DNA of 64,000 nucleotides from Hydrolagus colliei. Lineage: Eukaryota. The notes below the pieces were generated by a model. That model saw only the letters and a list, made by a program, of their open reading frames with translations. It was not told the DNA's origin and searched no databases. The number at the start of each line of letters is the position of its first letter. Positions within the stretch are counted from its first letter, which is position 1. Made by a program: the position numbers and the translations under genes. Positions 36,101 through 50,054 of this stretch are shown piece after piece. The stretch is from assembly GCA_035084275.1 (NCBI GenBank), contig CM068742.1:154566001-154630000 (forward strand), in the 5' to 3' direction.

Positions 36101-37249
36101 GGGAGGTGATGCCACACTGCCCTGCTCCTTCACCAGGCCCAACACACACCAGAATCCTGCCACAGTCACAGTGATTTGGAGGAGAGGGAGGCCACAAGGG
36201 CAGCCAGTTACTAATGACACTGTTGACCTCACCTCCCGCTCCAACCCCAGGGAGTCAGAGACAGTGAATGAAGGAAATCGCTATAACCTGGTTGGGAATG
36301 TGAGGGATGGAGACGCTTCCCTGAGGATCAGGGACTTGGAGTTAAACGACACCAACCGGCATTTCTGTAACGTGCACATCATGTTTATCCTTAACAGACA
36401 ACAACAGGACCAGATGACACAGGACTTATCACGGATACAGGTTTTTGGTAAGAAATCTCTTGTCACTGCGGGTCACTGAATTGGGTAAATAAACAGGTCA
36501 ATGTTCACTTGGTTTTAACAACGTTAAGTTTGTTTAATTCCATATTCTGCTTCTCATGTGTTAATTAGCACACAGAATATATTCGGAATGAGCAGAAACT
36601 TTAGTTAATACAGGAGACAGTGTTTCTTCCCTCTCGTCTGATGTTGACTGGCTAGTCAAAGCCTTAACAATTAGACTCACTTTTACCACCGCATTTCCTA
36701 CCCTACTCTCTTCCTGATCCCAAATTCCAGCTTTGGTGGTGGTGGAAATCCTGATTTGGGAATTCCACCCCGTGTGAAAGCCACGCTACAAATGTGATTG
36801 TTTATTGTGGCTTAAAGTAGCAGGAAGCTTGCCATGGGGTGTGTACAAGATTACGGAATGACAAGATTGGTCTGGGCGATGAAAGCCCATCTGATGTGAA
36901 AAGCGCTACACAAATGTAACTCTGTTGTTGTTGTTCATTTCGTCTTTTCAAAACACACACCTACTGTCCACGCATCGCATCATCAAGTTGCTTTGTAAAT
37001 GAATCAGTGTCCTGGCTTCAAATACCCTTCCTGGCAACCTGATCCAGTTGTGCGAGTGTGCAACAATGGGGAGAGAATGACTGGGATCAGAGTGGAGAGC
37101 TCCAGTGGGGAGTGAGCACAGACATGATGCGGAAATATATTTGGTAACAATAACTCTGTTTCTTTATATCCAAAGCTCCGGCCTTCATCCTGACTCTGTC
37201 CCTTTTGGCTGGTCCACAGAATGAGGGGAGGATGGAAATAGAAGGGTGA
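33109..37249 (+). pseudogene. Siglec-15-like copy B2 (intact leader and V2; V1 destroyed; C2 truncated)
   Basis: Leader 33109-33160 intact. V1 35357-35771 frameshifted, with its acceptor replaced by CR1. V2 36064-36447 open. Exon 4 starts at 37176, breaks near 37213 and reads to TGA 37247-37249. Confidence 0.8.
34977..35358 (+). mobile_element. CR1 LINE ORF2 C-terminal internal fragment replacing the V1 splice acceptor
   Basis: [38 protein letters not shown]...WNGLPEKV, the typical CR1 C-terminal region. Confidence 0.92.
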
Positions 37250-37954
37250 ACAGTTGAGTTAGTGTAAGCAGGCAAGAGAGGGGACATGGTGAAGAGATGA
37301 TGCTGGGAGCTGTGCTCTGTCCCTGGTCCCGTCAGCCTCTGCGGGTTTTAGTGGTGGCCTAATAGAGGATAAGAATTGGGAAAATAGGAAAATAGCAATA
37401 GATTATTTCTGCTGATCAGCCAGTTAGTTACAAGAGGAACATATCTAAAACCACGACAAAAAAGGAACCAAGGGGAGGTTAGAAACCCTGTCTTTACACA
37501 GAAGGGGTGCAATTGTCGAATTCAGTTACAAACAATAATTAAGGCAAAATCCGTCAACTCTATCAAGGGGTTTGAATAGATAATTGAAGAGGAGATACAT
37601 TAAAAGGTGTGGTGGGAGGGGGAGTGGCCCAACTCCTAGCTTGCGTCAAAATCCCTAATTGTCCAGGGCCTTGGGACATCCTCCCAACATGAAAGTGCTG
37701 TAGAATGTCATGTATTTGGGATATAAAGCTGTGGGCAATGTAAACGAGTATTAAACTTCACCCACTGAGTGTAACATGAGGCGGGGGCAGAGTTAGTGTT
37801 CAAACATTGCAGAGGATCAGACAAGGGTGATGTGGGGGGTGGAGCTCTGGTGGTGACAAGGGAAATGAGGGGAGGAAGGAAAGAGAAGTGTGACCAGCTG
37901 TGTCAGTGCGAGGCAGGCGTGCGAGGGGAAGGAGTGTGTCCTGAGTGAGGGAAG

Positions 37955-40900
37955 ATGATGCTGGGAGCTGTGCTCTGTGCCCTGGTCCTGTCAGCCTCTG
38001 CCTTACGTACGTACTTTCCAATCAGTAACTATAATAACTGCTCACACGCGATTGTCACCTCAATGCTCGACTCTGGCAACTGCCTCCTTGTCGGCCTCCC
38101 CAACTGTTCCCTCCACAAGCTGCAGTTAATCCCAAACTTTGCATCTCGTATCCTCTACCACACCAGGCTCTGCGACCCTATCACTCCGACGCTCGCTCGT
38201 ATCCACTGAGAAGATCTCAGAGGATTGAATTCCAGATTCACGTAGACACGTTCAAGACTCCCCAGCCTCCTACCTCCCTGACCTGCTGATCCCCTCTCCA
38301 CCTGTCTGCTCTCTCCATTCAGCAAGCTCCGGCCTTCTCCATGTATCCCGTCTGACCCGCCCTTCCAACTTTGGTGGATTTGCAGACCCTCTGCTCCTAT
38401 GCTTCTTGGAACTCAATTGAATAATCCCTTCACCTTGTTTCCTAACTTGCCTCGTTCAAGGCTGGTCTCAAGCCCTTCCTTTTTGACCGTCCCTTCAGCT
38501 GCTATCCTATCTCATCCCAACCCTGGCCACCCAACCCACCTCCCCCATACTTGAGTCCTGTCTCCTGACTGTTCAGCGCCTTGGGACGTCCTCCCAACAT
38601 GAAAGGCGCTCTACACATGTGGTTGTTGTCGTTGTTTATCTTTTAGTGGCATGATTACAAGTGTAATGATTACAAGTGTGTGTTTGTTAACTCTGCCTCC
38701 GTTTGATTTCCCCAATCTCTCTCTGTCTTGTCTGTGTTACTTTTCGCTTGCCACTGGAGCTCTTTACTCCAAACTGATTCCCAAGTGTCAGTGCTAGTTA
38801 AACCGTATCAGTTACCCCCAAACCACATTCTGGGGTCCTCTTGCATCAGACACCTGGGTCACAACAAATGATGGTATTTTTATATTACACCCAGATCACA
38901 ACAGTGTTTTTCTTTCCACAAGCCACCCATAGTAACCCCTCTGACCTGTCACTCTCCTTCCCCCTCACTCTTAATATGCCTCCTCTTCTATCCAATTCTC
39001 TTTGATAGACTTGACGGATGTTGCATGAAATCCAGTTTGTGGCAGATAATTCGAAAATTCCACCCATTCTGTGTAAAGAGAGGAAAACCAAAGTGTTTCC
39101 TTGTTAACTCTGCTTCTACTTTACCTGTTTTAAGCTCCTCATAATTCCTTTTTTGAGATGGTATTAGCTGTGTTCTTCTTGAGACTGTCTGCCTGATCTA
39201 TTTCCGGATCTGCTAAAATTTGTTGCTATTTCTCCTGTTGTGATCTGTTGTGATATCTGGTCACCCCAAACCTTCTCCGTTCTTCAGCCACCAATCTCTC
39301 AAATCTCTCTTCAGATCTGAAACCCCTCATCTCTGGGAATGTGCCAATAAACTAGCAATTTGTTTTCCATTGCTGTTATTTCGTTCTTACAGAGAATCCC
39401 AAACTGTCTCAAAATTCCAAACCAAGCTCTTCTCCAAGCTCAGTGTTGCCTGTTTGCTTTTATATTGTGTTCTGGTTCACATTACACCATGTGTGTCCTC
39501 ACAGGGCTCAGTGAGAATGGCTGGACAATGGAGATCCCTGATACAGTGACCGGCAGGTTAGGGTCACCAGTCATCACGTACTGCAAGTTCACTCACCCTC
39601 ACCCCAGATACACAGGCAACATCACCATCATGTGGAAGGGAGGCTGGTCTGGTCCTGTGTATGTTAAATATACAAACTATAGGCCAGATTCACAGGAAAA
39701 GTATCAAAATGTCATTGATGTAAACGAGGGAGATCGATACCAAGTGATTGGGAACCCGAGGAGGAACGACGCTACAATACAGATAAACCAGCTGAGGGGA
39801 GAGGACAATAAGAAGAGGTGCAACTGTCGTGTGGAGCTCCAGGGTGAGGATGGAATGGTTGAAAGTGGCCCCAAAACAAGTCTGTATGTTACAGGTGAGG
39901 AACGATGGGAAGTGGGAATGAGACGTGATGATCCTCACTGGTGCCGGAGACATATTGTGAGGGTAATTATGTATGGAACTCTCACTGGTTTAGATATTCT
40001 TAACAATGGTGACAGATTTCTCCATGTTTAAGGCAAATGTCTGCCCAAATACAAGAGATTTTCTCCTTGGGTCATCACCAAAAATCCTCCATGTTTATCA
40101 GTCAATCATTTCATAACCATTGAGATCTTTGATCTGAGTAAAGTGACTGCAAAAGTGTCACTATATTTATAGTAACAAATAAAAATAATTATTCTAGTTC
40201 ATATTACATCTGATTACATTTTCTTGATATACAGATCAATAGAATACTCTATGAAGTGAATTGACTGTATATTTTGTTGGCAAAATATGGTAGACAATTG
40301 CACACAGCAGTTTCCCATAGATGCTCGTGGATTGAGTAACCAAAGCTTTGTTTAAGGGATTATTACCAAGCAAAGAAATACGCCAATCGAGGAAAACAAT
40401 GGTTTCCTATGTACCCTTAGGTAAACAGACATGTGTGGACAAAGGAAAATTACCCAAAGTTTTTCCCTACCCATGAATCAAGCACAGGTGCTCTATATTA
40501 TGAGGCAAGTGTGCTAAGCTACAAGACTGATCAGTAAGAAGGTTATTGGCGCTATTAAAAGCCAAAGTTTAATTTGTGAGACATTGCTGCCCACAATCTC
40601 AGAGAGGGTGAGTGAGGAGCACAGGCCTGAGGGAGATAGTGCCATGAAAAGCAGGAATATACAGGATGTGTAACATGTACTGTGTCTCACTGACTGCTCT
40701 GCACTATTCCAATCCTGTTCCTGTCTCAGGTCATGAAGAGAAGCTCCCGTCAGTGACTGGTACCAAGGGAGGTGATGCCACACTGCCCTGCTCCTTCACC
40801 AGGCCCAACACATACCAGAATCGTGCCAGAGTCACAGTGATTTGGAGGAGAGGGAGGCCACAAGGGCAGCCAGTTTCTAATGACACTCTTGACCTCGCCG

Positions 40901-43900
40901 CCCGCTCCAACCCCAGGGAGTCAGAGACAGTGAATGAAGGAAATCGCTATAACCTGATTGGGAATGTGAGGGATGGAGACGGTTCCCTGAGGATCAAGGA
41001 CCTGGAGTTAAACAACAACGACCAATATTTCTGTCATGTACACGTCATGTTTATCAATAACGAAAAACAACAGGACCATGTGACACAGGACACATCACGG
41101 CTGCTGGTTGTTGGTAAGAAATCTCTTGTCTCTGTGGGACATGGAAAGGGGTAAATGTCAATGTTCACGGGCGCATCATTACAGACTAGGTTTGTCTCAT
41201 TCCTTACCCTGTGCCTCACGTGTTAATTAGCACAAGAAACATGTTATGAAACAGCGGAACCTTTTCCCTGGGGGGAGGGATTCTTCTCACTTGCCTCCCG
41301 TTAACGCTGCAGCCAAAGTTAGGGTGATCCTAGCTGGACAAGCAGCCGGTATCTTGCCAATGACATGTGACGTAGTTGTCACAAGATCACAGGATTGGTC
41401 TGAATGAAGAAACCCCATCTAATCTTATCCTTACTGAACCCCCCAATCACCCCCTAATCCCTACCATCCCCTCGCCCCCCAATACATTGGTATCAAGCGG
41501 AGTCTAAAAGTCTGTAATTGCTCTGCCTGAAGGGAAATTGGATAGATACGTAAACAGGAAACATTTTCAGGGCTCTGGGGTAAGAGTGCGATAGAATGAC
41601 TAGTTGAGAGATCCTGTGGCTTGGAGCACTTGCCGTACAAGCCAGAGGACCTGGGTAAGATTTTTGCGCTGGGGAAACCATTGTGGGCAAACTTCCTTAC
41701 TCCAAACACGTGTTTACCCAGGAATGAGTGTGAATCCAGCTGTTAGTTCATTGGCAGGTAATTTTCTGGGGTAATAATAGCTTAAAGAGAAAAGAAAAAA
41801 GCAGGCAATGAGATTAGAGCATAAAACCAACAACAGCAAAATTACATTTGTATAGTATCTTTTATGTTGGGGGGCCATCTGAAGAACACCAGTGAGTAAC
41901 CGAGTACCAGCGGATATGACGGTAAAATTTATTTATTCAGAATAACTCTGTGTTTCTTTATACCCAAAGCTCCGGCCGTCATCCTGACTATGTCCATCGT
42001 GGCTGGTGATGGAGCCGGAGGTGGCATCGTGTGCACGGCTGAGGGGGAACCACCAGCCACCATCACATGGATCGACCCCCAGAATAACACGCTGCCCGTC
42101 AACACCCACATGTCAATCACACATATACCAGACATGTATCTAACCTTGGGGGAAATCTGGGACCTGAGGCTGTGGGGAACTTACCGCTGTGTAGCTGAGA
42201 ACACACAGGGCAGTGACACCCGAGACATCCTCGTCACTGCCCTACAGAGTGATGTGGACAAGGAGAGTGACGGGGACAAGGAGAGACACAGGGACAAGGA
42301 GAGTGACGGGGACAAGGAGAGTGATGGGGACAGCGAGAGTAATGGGGACAGTAATTTACATGTCAAGGTCCCCATTGTGGTGCTGGTTGTTCTGCTGATT
42401 GCCTTCATTGTCCATTGGGTAAAGAGAGGTAGGTGTTTACAGATGTAATGATTATGTGGATTTGTGGATTCCTGTAGCTCAGTGGTCACTGAGTGTTCGA
42501 CTTACAAACATGAGACCTGCGTTCAATTACAGGCAGGGTGAAACATTTGCCAAGTTTCCTTATTCCACCCGCCTGATAATAATCACTCAAATAATCAATA
42601 ATAAATTGGTCATTTCAATCCATGTCTGTTTGTGGGATTTTGCTATGTGCAAGTGGCTGCCTCATTTAGCCCACAAATATACAGTACAGACAATTCACTT
42701 TACAGTATATTCTGTGAAGCACTTTGAGACTTCTAGGAGATGTGAAAAGCGCTATCTCAAATGCAAGGATTATTATTATTATTCCAAATGAGTCTAGCAC
42801 AGCCAATCGCTCCCTCATCTCTGACTCAGCAAATATTCTGCCATATACACACACTTGGCAACCACATCATCATCATCATCATCGTAATAATAAACCTTGT
42901 ATTTGGTATAGCGCTGTTCACATCTTATCGACGTCTCAAAGCGCTTCACTGAATATACTGTAAAGTGAATTGACTGTATATTTGTGAGCAAATCGCAGCA
43001 GCCAATTGCGCACAGCAGTGTCCCCACAAACAGTCGTGGATTGAAATGACCCATTTTATTATCGTGGTTTTTTCGGACGGATTAGCATTAGGTTGGAGTA
43101 AGGAAACTTGCTGAAGATTTTGCCCTGACCTGCCTGGATTCGAACACAGGTCTCTCCAGCTTGGTCTCCTTAGCTTTCAAGACAAGTGCTCTAACCACTC
43201 AGCCACAGGAGCTCCACCTGGTTAATAATAAGCAGAAGGAGACGAAGAAAAATTCTTGCATTTGGTATTGCCAGCCGGTGGTATATCTGGCTTCCTGTTT
43301 AGTAACCATAGTTACATAACACAATAGGAAGAGAACAGTTTGCCACAAGCCTTTCACTGGAATAACGTACACACTTACCAAACCAGCAAAACATCTAAAG
43401 CAATATCAAGTGAAATAATGATTATTATGATGATTATTATCTCTCCCCTTGCTTTCGTCTCTTCAGGTGTCAGAGTTTTCCGCCAGCGTTCAGAGAGGTG
43501 AGTGTGTCTTTCTAATGCCTTTTACTTTCCATTGACATTCAAGTTGCAAAAGGCTATTGAGCACCATGTCTGGCAAGCTTCCTGCTTCTCTCTCCAGCTA
43601 CGACCACCCTACCCATTGGGGCTTTGGCTTGCAGGGTTAATAGGATGAGTATGAGGATTCCCTGACACCAGTGGCTGGTCTTCCCTTCCAATTCTTGCCA
43701 ATGAGTAGACTGGCTTTGCTGTCACCAGCCGTGCCCTAGAATATTAGATACTCACCTGGCTCAGGAACAAGACTGAAGACCCACAGATTGTTGGCTTGAA
43801 TCTGACAATCTGTTTCCAAACATGTCACCTTGGAGCCAGAGAAGCCAAGGAAACACCGTGTAGCTTAATCTAGACAAACACCATGCACACAATCCTGTGG

Positions 43901-46200
43901 CCAAGCTGAGGCTTGGACTCTTCAGACAAGAGCTTTTGCCCTGTGTTCTATGCCAACAATCACCTCAGTAAACCAATGATAGTTTGTGTGGAAGTTGTTG
44001 CATGAGCATTGGCTGATGTCATTCTCATCAAATACAAAGTCATTACACTTTACAGTTAATCCTGTGAAGTGCTATAAGACGTCCTCCTGATGTGAAAGAC
44101 ATGGTATCAAATGTGAGGATTATTAACGATAAGGTTTTATCTTCCATCCTCTATAAAATGTAAAACATAAAATATAAAATGTTTTCTCTTTATTTTTTAG
44201 TCGTCAAATGGATTTGGTTGTTGACAACGATTTGGTTCAACCTCAGCTGCCAACATGAGACGGTAACTGTTTTCCCTCGATTAGCGATGGCACAATTTTC
44301 ACCCCGTGCTTTCACTAACCCAGGGCTGGGTCTCAGCTTTGCTCAGCCAGTGACACTCTCACCTCTGGCTCTGGGTGTCTGACCTTCAAATCCCTCCACT
44401 CCTCTGCACCCCCCCTACCTGTCTAAACTCCTCTCTCCTCAAACCAGTTCCCGTTGCCTTCGCTTCATGTCCCGTGAATCCTCCGCTCCACCCTCGGTGG
44501 CTGTGCCTGCAGCCACTATGCCCCAAGGCTCTGGAATTCCCTTCCTCACTTCCTTCATCTTGCCCCTTCTTTTCTCAGTTTCAGGTCCGATATGAAGACC
44601 TTTCTCTTCGACCGTGCCTTTGGTCACCTTTCTCCTGCCCCTGGCTCGGTTCCGGGGTCCACTATTGTGAAGTACTCTGAGATGCCGTCCGTCGCGGAGG
44701 GCCCAATATAAATCAAAGTGGTTGTTGTTGTTGTACTCTATATACTGTACGATTTTGTTTTTTGTTGTTGGGAGGGCGTCCTTGAAGTGCAGTGTTAGAA
44801 AAGAGAAAGGAGTTTCTCTGGGTGTCCAGATTAAATTGTTTATCTACTTCATGGCTCTTTGTGGGTCCATATTGATTATCGCATTCGACAACAATAACAA
44901 AAACAACAACAAAATTACATATGTGTGGCGCCTTTCACGTCAGGAGGACATCCCATGGTGCTGGACAGTTACTGCTTCAGACCTGAGCAGAGCACAGGTC
45001 TGGGCGGGGGGGGAAGGAGTTGTCGGTGAGTCTATCGAAGAGTAGATTCTTTAATCGAGACTTGAAAGAGTACAGTCGGGGGGCGAGGCCGAGGATCTTC
45101 GGGATGGAGTTCCAGAAGTTGGGTTCAGAGTGATTGAAGGCTCAACAAATCCAGTCGCAACATAACACAGTGAATCCTGTCAAATGCTATCAGATGTACT
45201 ACGATATATTTTCTCAATGTCATAGCACCACTTTGCTATGTCCCTCAAATGTGAAATACATAATAAATTATTGTTGCTGTTGTTATTAAATCAAATGGAA
45301 TAATATCCAGCCACCAGGGCCTGGCATGTGGTTCCAATTCTCTTTTCATTGTTCATTCCGTGAACCCTTTGTCGCAGCTTTGGGGACTGGGCTTCAGACA
45401 TTAAACCCGTATCTCTGGACTTCCACATACACAGTACATACACACTCCATTTGATAACTAGTGTCATATTTCCTTTGTGAACCCGATTTCCAATTACTAA
45501 TTATTCACCAACATTGTCTGTCTCTCCTTCAGAAGTGTACGGAAATTCTACCATCAGAACCGTCGATGACAGTGAGTGTTGTCTACCTTTTCTGGTTTAT
45601 TGTTTATCCTGTCTCTTCTCCGCTCGCACTCTGGCTCTGGGTCAGGAAGAGGGGTGTTGGAGCCTCTACGATGGGGAATTTGAGGTCACACAGTCCAGGC
45701 TGATGCTCCAGTGCAGCAATGGGGAGAGCGCTGCATTGTCAGAAGTGCTGTCCTTTGAATGCGATATTAAACTGAGATCAAGTCCATGTCTGATGAAGTT
45801 GTTTTGGTCAGCCACGTGCAGAAACACATCTGTTTGTCAAGAGGATCGAAACTTGACTTAGCGGTCCTGTCACCTGTACATCTGGAATGCAACGTGCTGT
45901 TGAGAAGGAAATTTCTCTCTCCTTGTGTCCTGGCCATCATTGTTTCAAATAAAATTGGTTGCTCACTTCATGGCTATTTGTTGGACATTTTAAATGCAAA
46001 TTGGGCGCCCGGTTTGCTGGTAAAATATGGTTTTAAGACATTACATTAAATATGAGGGTTCTAATGACTTTACCCAGGACACACAGTGTATCACAGCTCT
46101 CAGCAAGTGGAGGTACATGTCCTGACTCCATTTTGTTTCTCTTCTAGATGTGATTTATGCTGTTGTCGCCAAATCGAAGAGGAGCTTAGCTGAGCAGTGA
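37955..46200 (+). CDS. SIGLEC15-like: Siglec-15-like receptor A3 (near-identical to A2, truncated tail)
   Basis: Exons 37955-38006, 39505-39894, 40730-41113, 41970-42428, 43467-43497, 44201-44262 (TGA 44256-44258), 45533-45571, 46148-46200. Confidence 0.85.
39505..39894 (+). CDS. A3 V-set domain 1 exon
   Basis: Open 390-nt exon with canonical splice sites. Confidence 0.9.
40730..41113 (+). CDS. A3 V-set domain 2 exon
   Basis: Open 384-nt exon, same protein sequence as A2. Confidence 0.9.
41970..42428 (+). CDS. A3 C2+stalk+TM exon
   Basis: Open 459-nt exon with canonical splice sites. Confidence 0.9.
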
Positions 46201-48712
46201 ACTCTGGCCCCTCCCAGAGTCTGCTGTCCACAGTTTATATAGGTGTGTCCTGCAGTGACTTATATTGGGCCTGGATCAGCAGCCAATACAATAACATTGT
46301 ACAATCAGTCCCTGAGAGAGCACGTGTTTGTAGTGTGGCTGTGGCTTGTGGCCTTGCTGTGTGTAAACACATGTTATTGCTGCCTGTGACCTGCAATTTA
46401 CAATTGTGTTTATCTCCACTTCAGTGAAATCAAACATGAGGGGGTCAGGCCTAAAAGGAAGAAAGAGTCTATTCTCTGTCAGGGAGAAACACTGCCACTT
46501 GGTGGACATTCCAGGGTTGATTACTAAAGTTTTTTCACAGATACTTTCGATCTACCGTTCAATAATAGTAATCCTTTCTATTGATATAGATGTCTTTAAA
46601 ACATCATGCAATTGCTTGCATCATTGTCCCCAAAACAGTCATAGATTGAGTGACTAAATTATTATTAATCATCAGTTATTAGAAGGGATTATTACCCCCA
46701 GAAAAGCAATCCATCAATTGACCAACAATTCAATGCTGGGTCAACTGAGGCATGTGGAGTAAGGAAACATGCCGACGTATGAGTGTGCTGCCTTTACACT
46801 CTGGGCCACTGGGGGCACTGCAGGATCGTCATCAGTTCACAAACCAGTGGACAATCTGTCTCAATGTTTTCTAACTGAATGACTTCCTTGATGATTAAAC
46901 TTCTTTGTCTCTCTGACCAGTGGATATGTTCCTTATTCCGCAAGTTGTCCCTGAATGTAGATTCGTGGCTGGGCTTTCATTGCTGAAAGCGGCTGCCAAG
47001 ACTGGAACAAGAGAACATGTCTGGGTATGTTACATCTGATGGGTACAGAAAGGGGAGAACTGCGAGAGCCTCAATCGAGCCTGGAGCTGGCAGAGTGAGT
47101 GCAACCCGAGTGAGGCGAGACCAGAGTGAGAAGGAATTAGATGAGAGTGAGAATTAGGTGCAAAGTTATAAAATAGACAACAGCCCCCCACTGCCCCAGA
47201 TCAACCTTCCTCTCCCTCCGACCACTACGCCTCCTGTCCCTGCTTGACTGGCCCACAGCTTTCCTCTGCTCCTCTCTTCACATTCTCTGTCACACACACC
47301 ATGGATGCCACTATCTGTCCAACAGCACCCACACTGACTGCCCCATCCCCCACTCTCATCTCAATGTCCATCAGTCCCCTTCACTGGGGGCAAACCTTTC
47401 CTTCCTCAGACATATCCCCACACTCCCTTTCAATCCTCTAGGAGAAATGAAGGAGACCAGAGCTCTTTGAATGTAGCGAGCGGGCTCCCTCCTTGCCTCT
47501 TCTAGTACTCTCCTCTAGCCCTTCAATTATCTTACCATCCCTTCTTACTCTCCCTGCCCTCTACCCCTCCTGATCCCAAGCCCCAGCTCGGAGTCAAATC
47601 CCTCACTGTCCAATGCTTTAGGACATCCTACCGACATGAAAGGCACTATACAGATGTAATTGGTTGTTGATATAATAATTATTCTTGCATTTGATTTAGC
47701 ACCTATCATGTGAGAAGTCTCAAAGCCTTTCACATATATTCACTGGAAAGTGAATTGACTTTACGGTGTATTCTGTGAAGCGCTTTGACACATCACACAG
47801 ATGATATAGCAGTTTCACTGTTAATATCAGAAGTTATAGCGGTTTTATTGATACAGACAGGGGAGAGAATTCCAATGAAAGTTGACAGAAGTAATCTGGG
47901 AACTATTGCTCCGTTAGCCTGACCTCAACAATTTTACTTCTTAATTTTTTCACCAAAGAAAGCAAGTGGACGATTATCACTTGCTTTCTTTAGATATAAT
48001 AGTAATATAGTTGACAGTTGGCACATGTTCGGAAAAGGTACATATTGTTTGACCAAACTCATAGACAGTAGAAGCCCATTTATCCGTGACTCGATGAACC
48101 GGTACTTCTGTATAACCAGCAATCCCCAAAAAAGTCCACATTCGATCAACCGGAACTTATCCGGAACAATAGCGGTGGAGCATTTGTGAGTCATTGTCAC
48201 GCAGGCAGATTAGTTTGTTTTGCCGCTAGTAGAGTCTAGGTTTATCGGCTTGCTGCAAGTAAGGCTTTTCACCCGCATGGCGTCCTCCATTGCAAAAAGA
48301 ATCGCTGGACTGTAAACCTCAACCACAACATCATGGCTTCAAGCGCAGCATCTACCAGTAAAGGTGAACTATGGTACAGTTTACAACATTTACAATAAAG
48401 TACCAATACAATATCTGGTTATTTAGTCTGGTGTGTATGGTGTGTGTTAAAATAACTTAAATTTTATTGTGGTGGGTTTTTGGCAGCTGGCCGACCGAAT
48501 ATCCGGCATTGGCCAGGTCCAGCTGGTGCTGGATGAACGGACTATTGGTGTAATTTGTTTCAGGAGGTGACAGCTCAGATTAATTTTGGAAAGCTATGTG
48601 TTGCAGCAGAGCTAGATCCAGAAGACTTTCTACAAAACACCACAAGAAACCCAACTTCACAAATGGTAGTCACTGGTTATCAAGAGAAAGACTAGGAACT
48701 AGGAACTGGTTT

Positions 48713-50054
48713 CAACAACGACCACCACAACAACAAAATTGCACTTATATAGCGCCTTTCACGTCGGGAGGACGTCCCAAAGCACTGAACAGTCTGGTCG
48801 GAACCCAAGTGGGGTATGGTGGGGGTTGGGGTAGGGGGAAGGGGAAGGAGAGTGGAAAGGGGGAAGAGTTTGTGGGGCAGCCGAAGGCGCGGTCGAAGAG
48901 GAAGGTCTTGAGACAAGCCTTGAAGGAGGAAAGGGAGGAGGCGAGGGGAGGGGCTGCGAGATGGAGTTCCACAGTGTGGGAGCAGAGAGGCAGAAAGCCC
49001 GGCCACCGATGGTTGGGGGGATTAGGGCAGTGGACGCGGAGCAGGCCTGAGTCTGCTGAACAGACGGGACAGGGGAGGCTGATAGGGGGATAGCAGGTCA
49101 GAGAGATAGGCGGGGGCAGGCCGTGAATAGCCTTGAAAGTGAGAACGAGGATCTTGAATTCTATCATCTGGGAGACGGGGAGCCAGTGGAGATGGGCGAG
49201 GGTGGGTGTGTCATGGTCACGACGCCTGATATGGGAGAGGACACGAGCTGCAGAATTCTGAATGATCTGCAGCCTGTGAAGGGAGGAGCTGGGGAGGCCG
49301 ACGATGAGAGAGTTCCTGTAGTCAAGCCTGGAAGTGATAAAGGCATGGCTGAGAGTTTCGGGGGCGTGGGGGGTGAGGTAGTAGCGGAGTCTGGCAATAT
49401 TGCGGAGGTGATGGAAGGCTGTGCTGGTAATGGAATGGATGTGAGGGAGGAAGGATATTTGGGGTTGAACAAGTCGCCCAGATTCCTGATTGGCTTCGAG
49501 AGGTGGAGAGAGCAGCCGTGAACACTGATATTGTCAGCACCTGAGGTGTGGAGGCACTGATGTGAGCCAATGAGGAGGACTTCTGTCTTGTTGGCGTTGA
49601 GTTATAGGAAATTTGCCCTCGTCTAGGACTCAATGTCGGACAGACATGCAGACAGAATACCAGTGGTCATGGAACCAAGGGTTGATGCGGATGACGTTTG
49701 TGACATTGACCAGGGCAGTTTCTGTTCTGTGGGAGGCACGGAAACCCGATTAGAGGGGTTCGAGGAGTGAGTGTTGTGTGAGGAAAGAGCGGAGCTGGGA
49801 GACAACCACTCTTTAAAGGACCTTGGTAAAGAAAGGGAGGTTGGAGATGGGCCTGTAGTTAGATAGCTGCGACGCATCGAGGCAAGGATTTTTTACGATG
49901 GGGGTGATGGTGGCGGTGTTGAAGGCAGTGGAAACAGTCCCTGATGAGAGGGACAGGTTGATAGTGTCAGTGATTACAGGGGCTAGAAGGTGGAGCTGGG
50001 TAGTAAGGAGATGGGTGGGGATGGGATCAAGGGAGCAGGTGGTGAGCTTCATTG
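48713..50054 (-). mobile_element. L2-clade LINE fragment (unit 3)
   Basis: Near-identical to 30891-32232. Confidence 0.9.
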
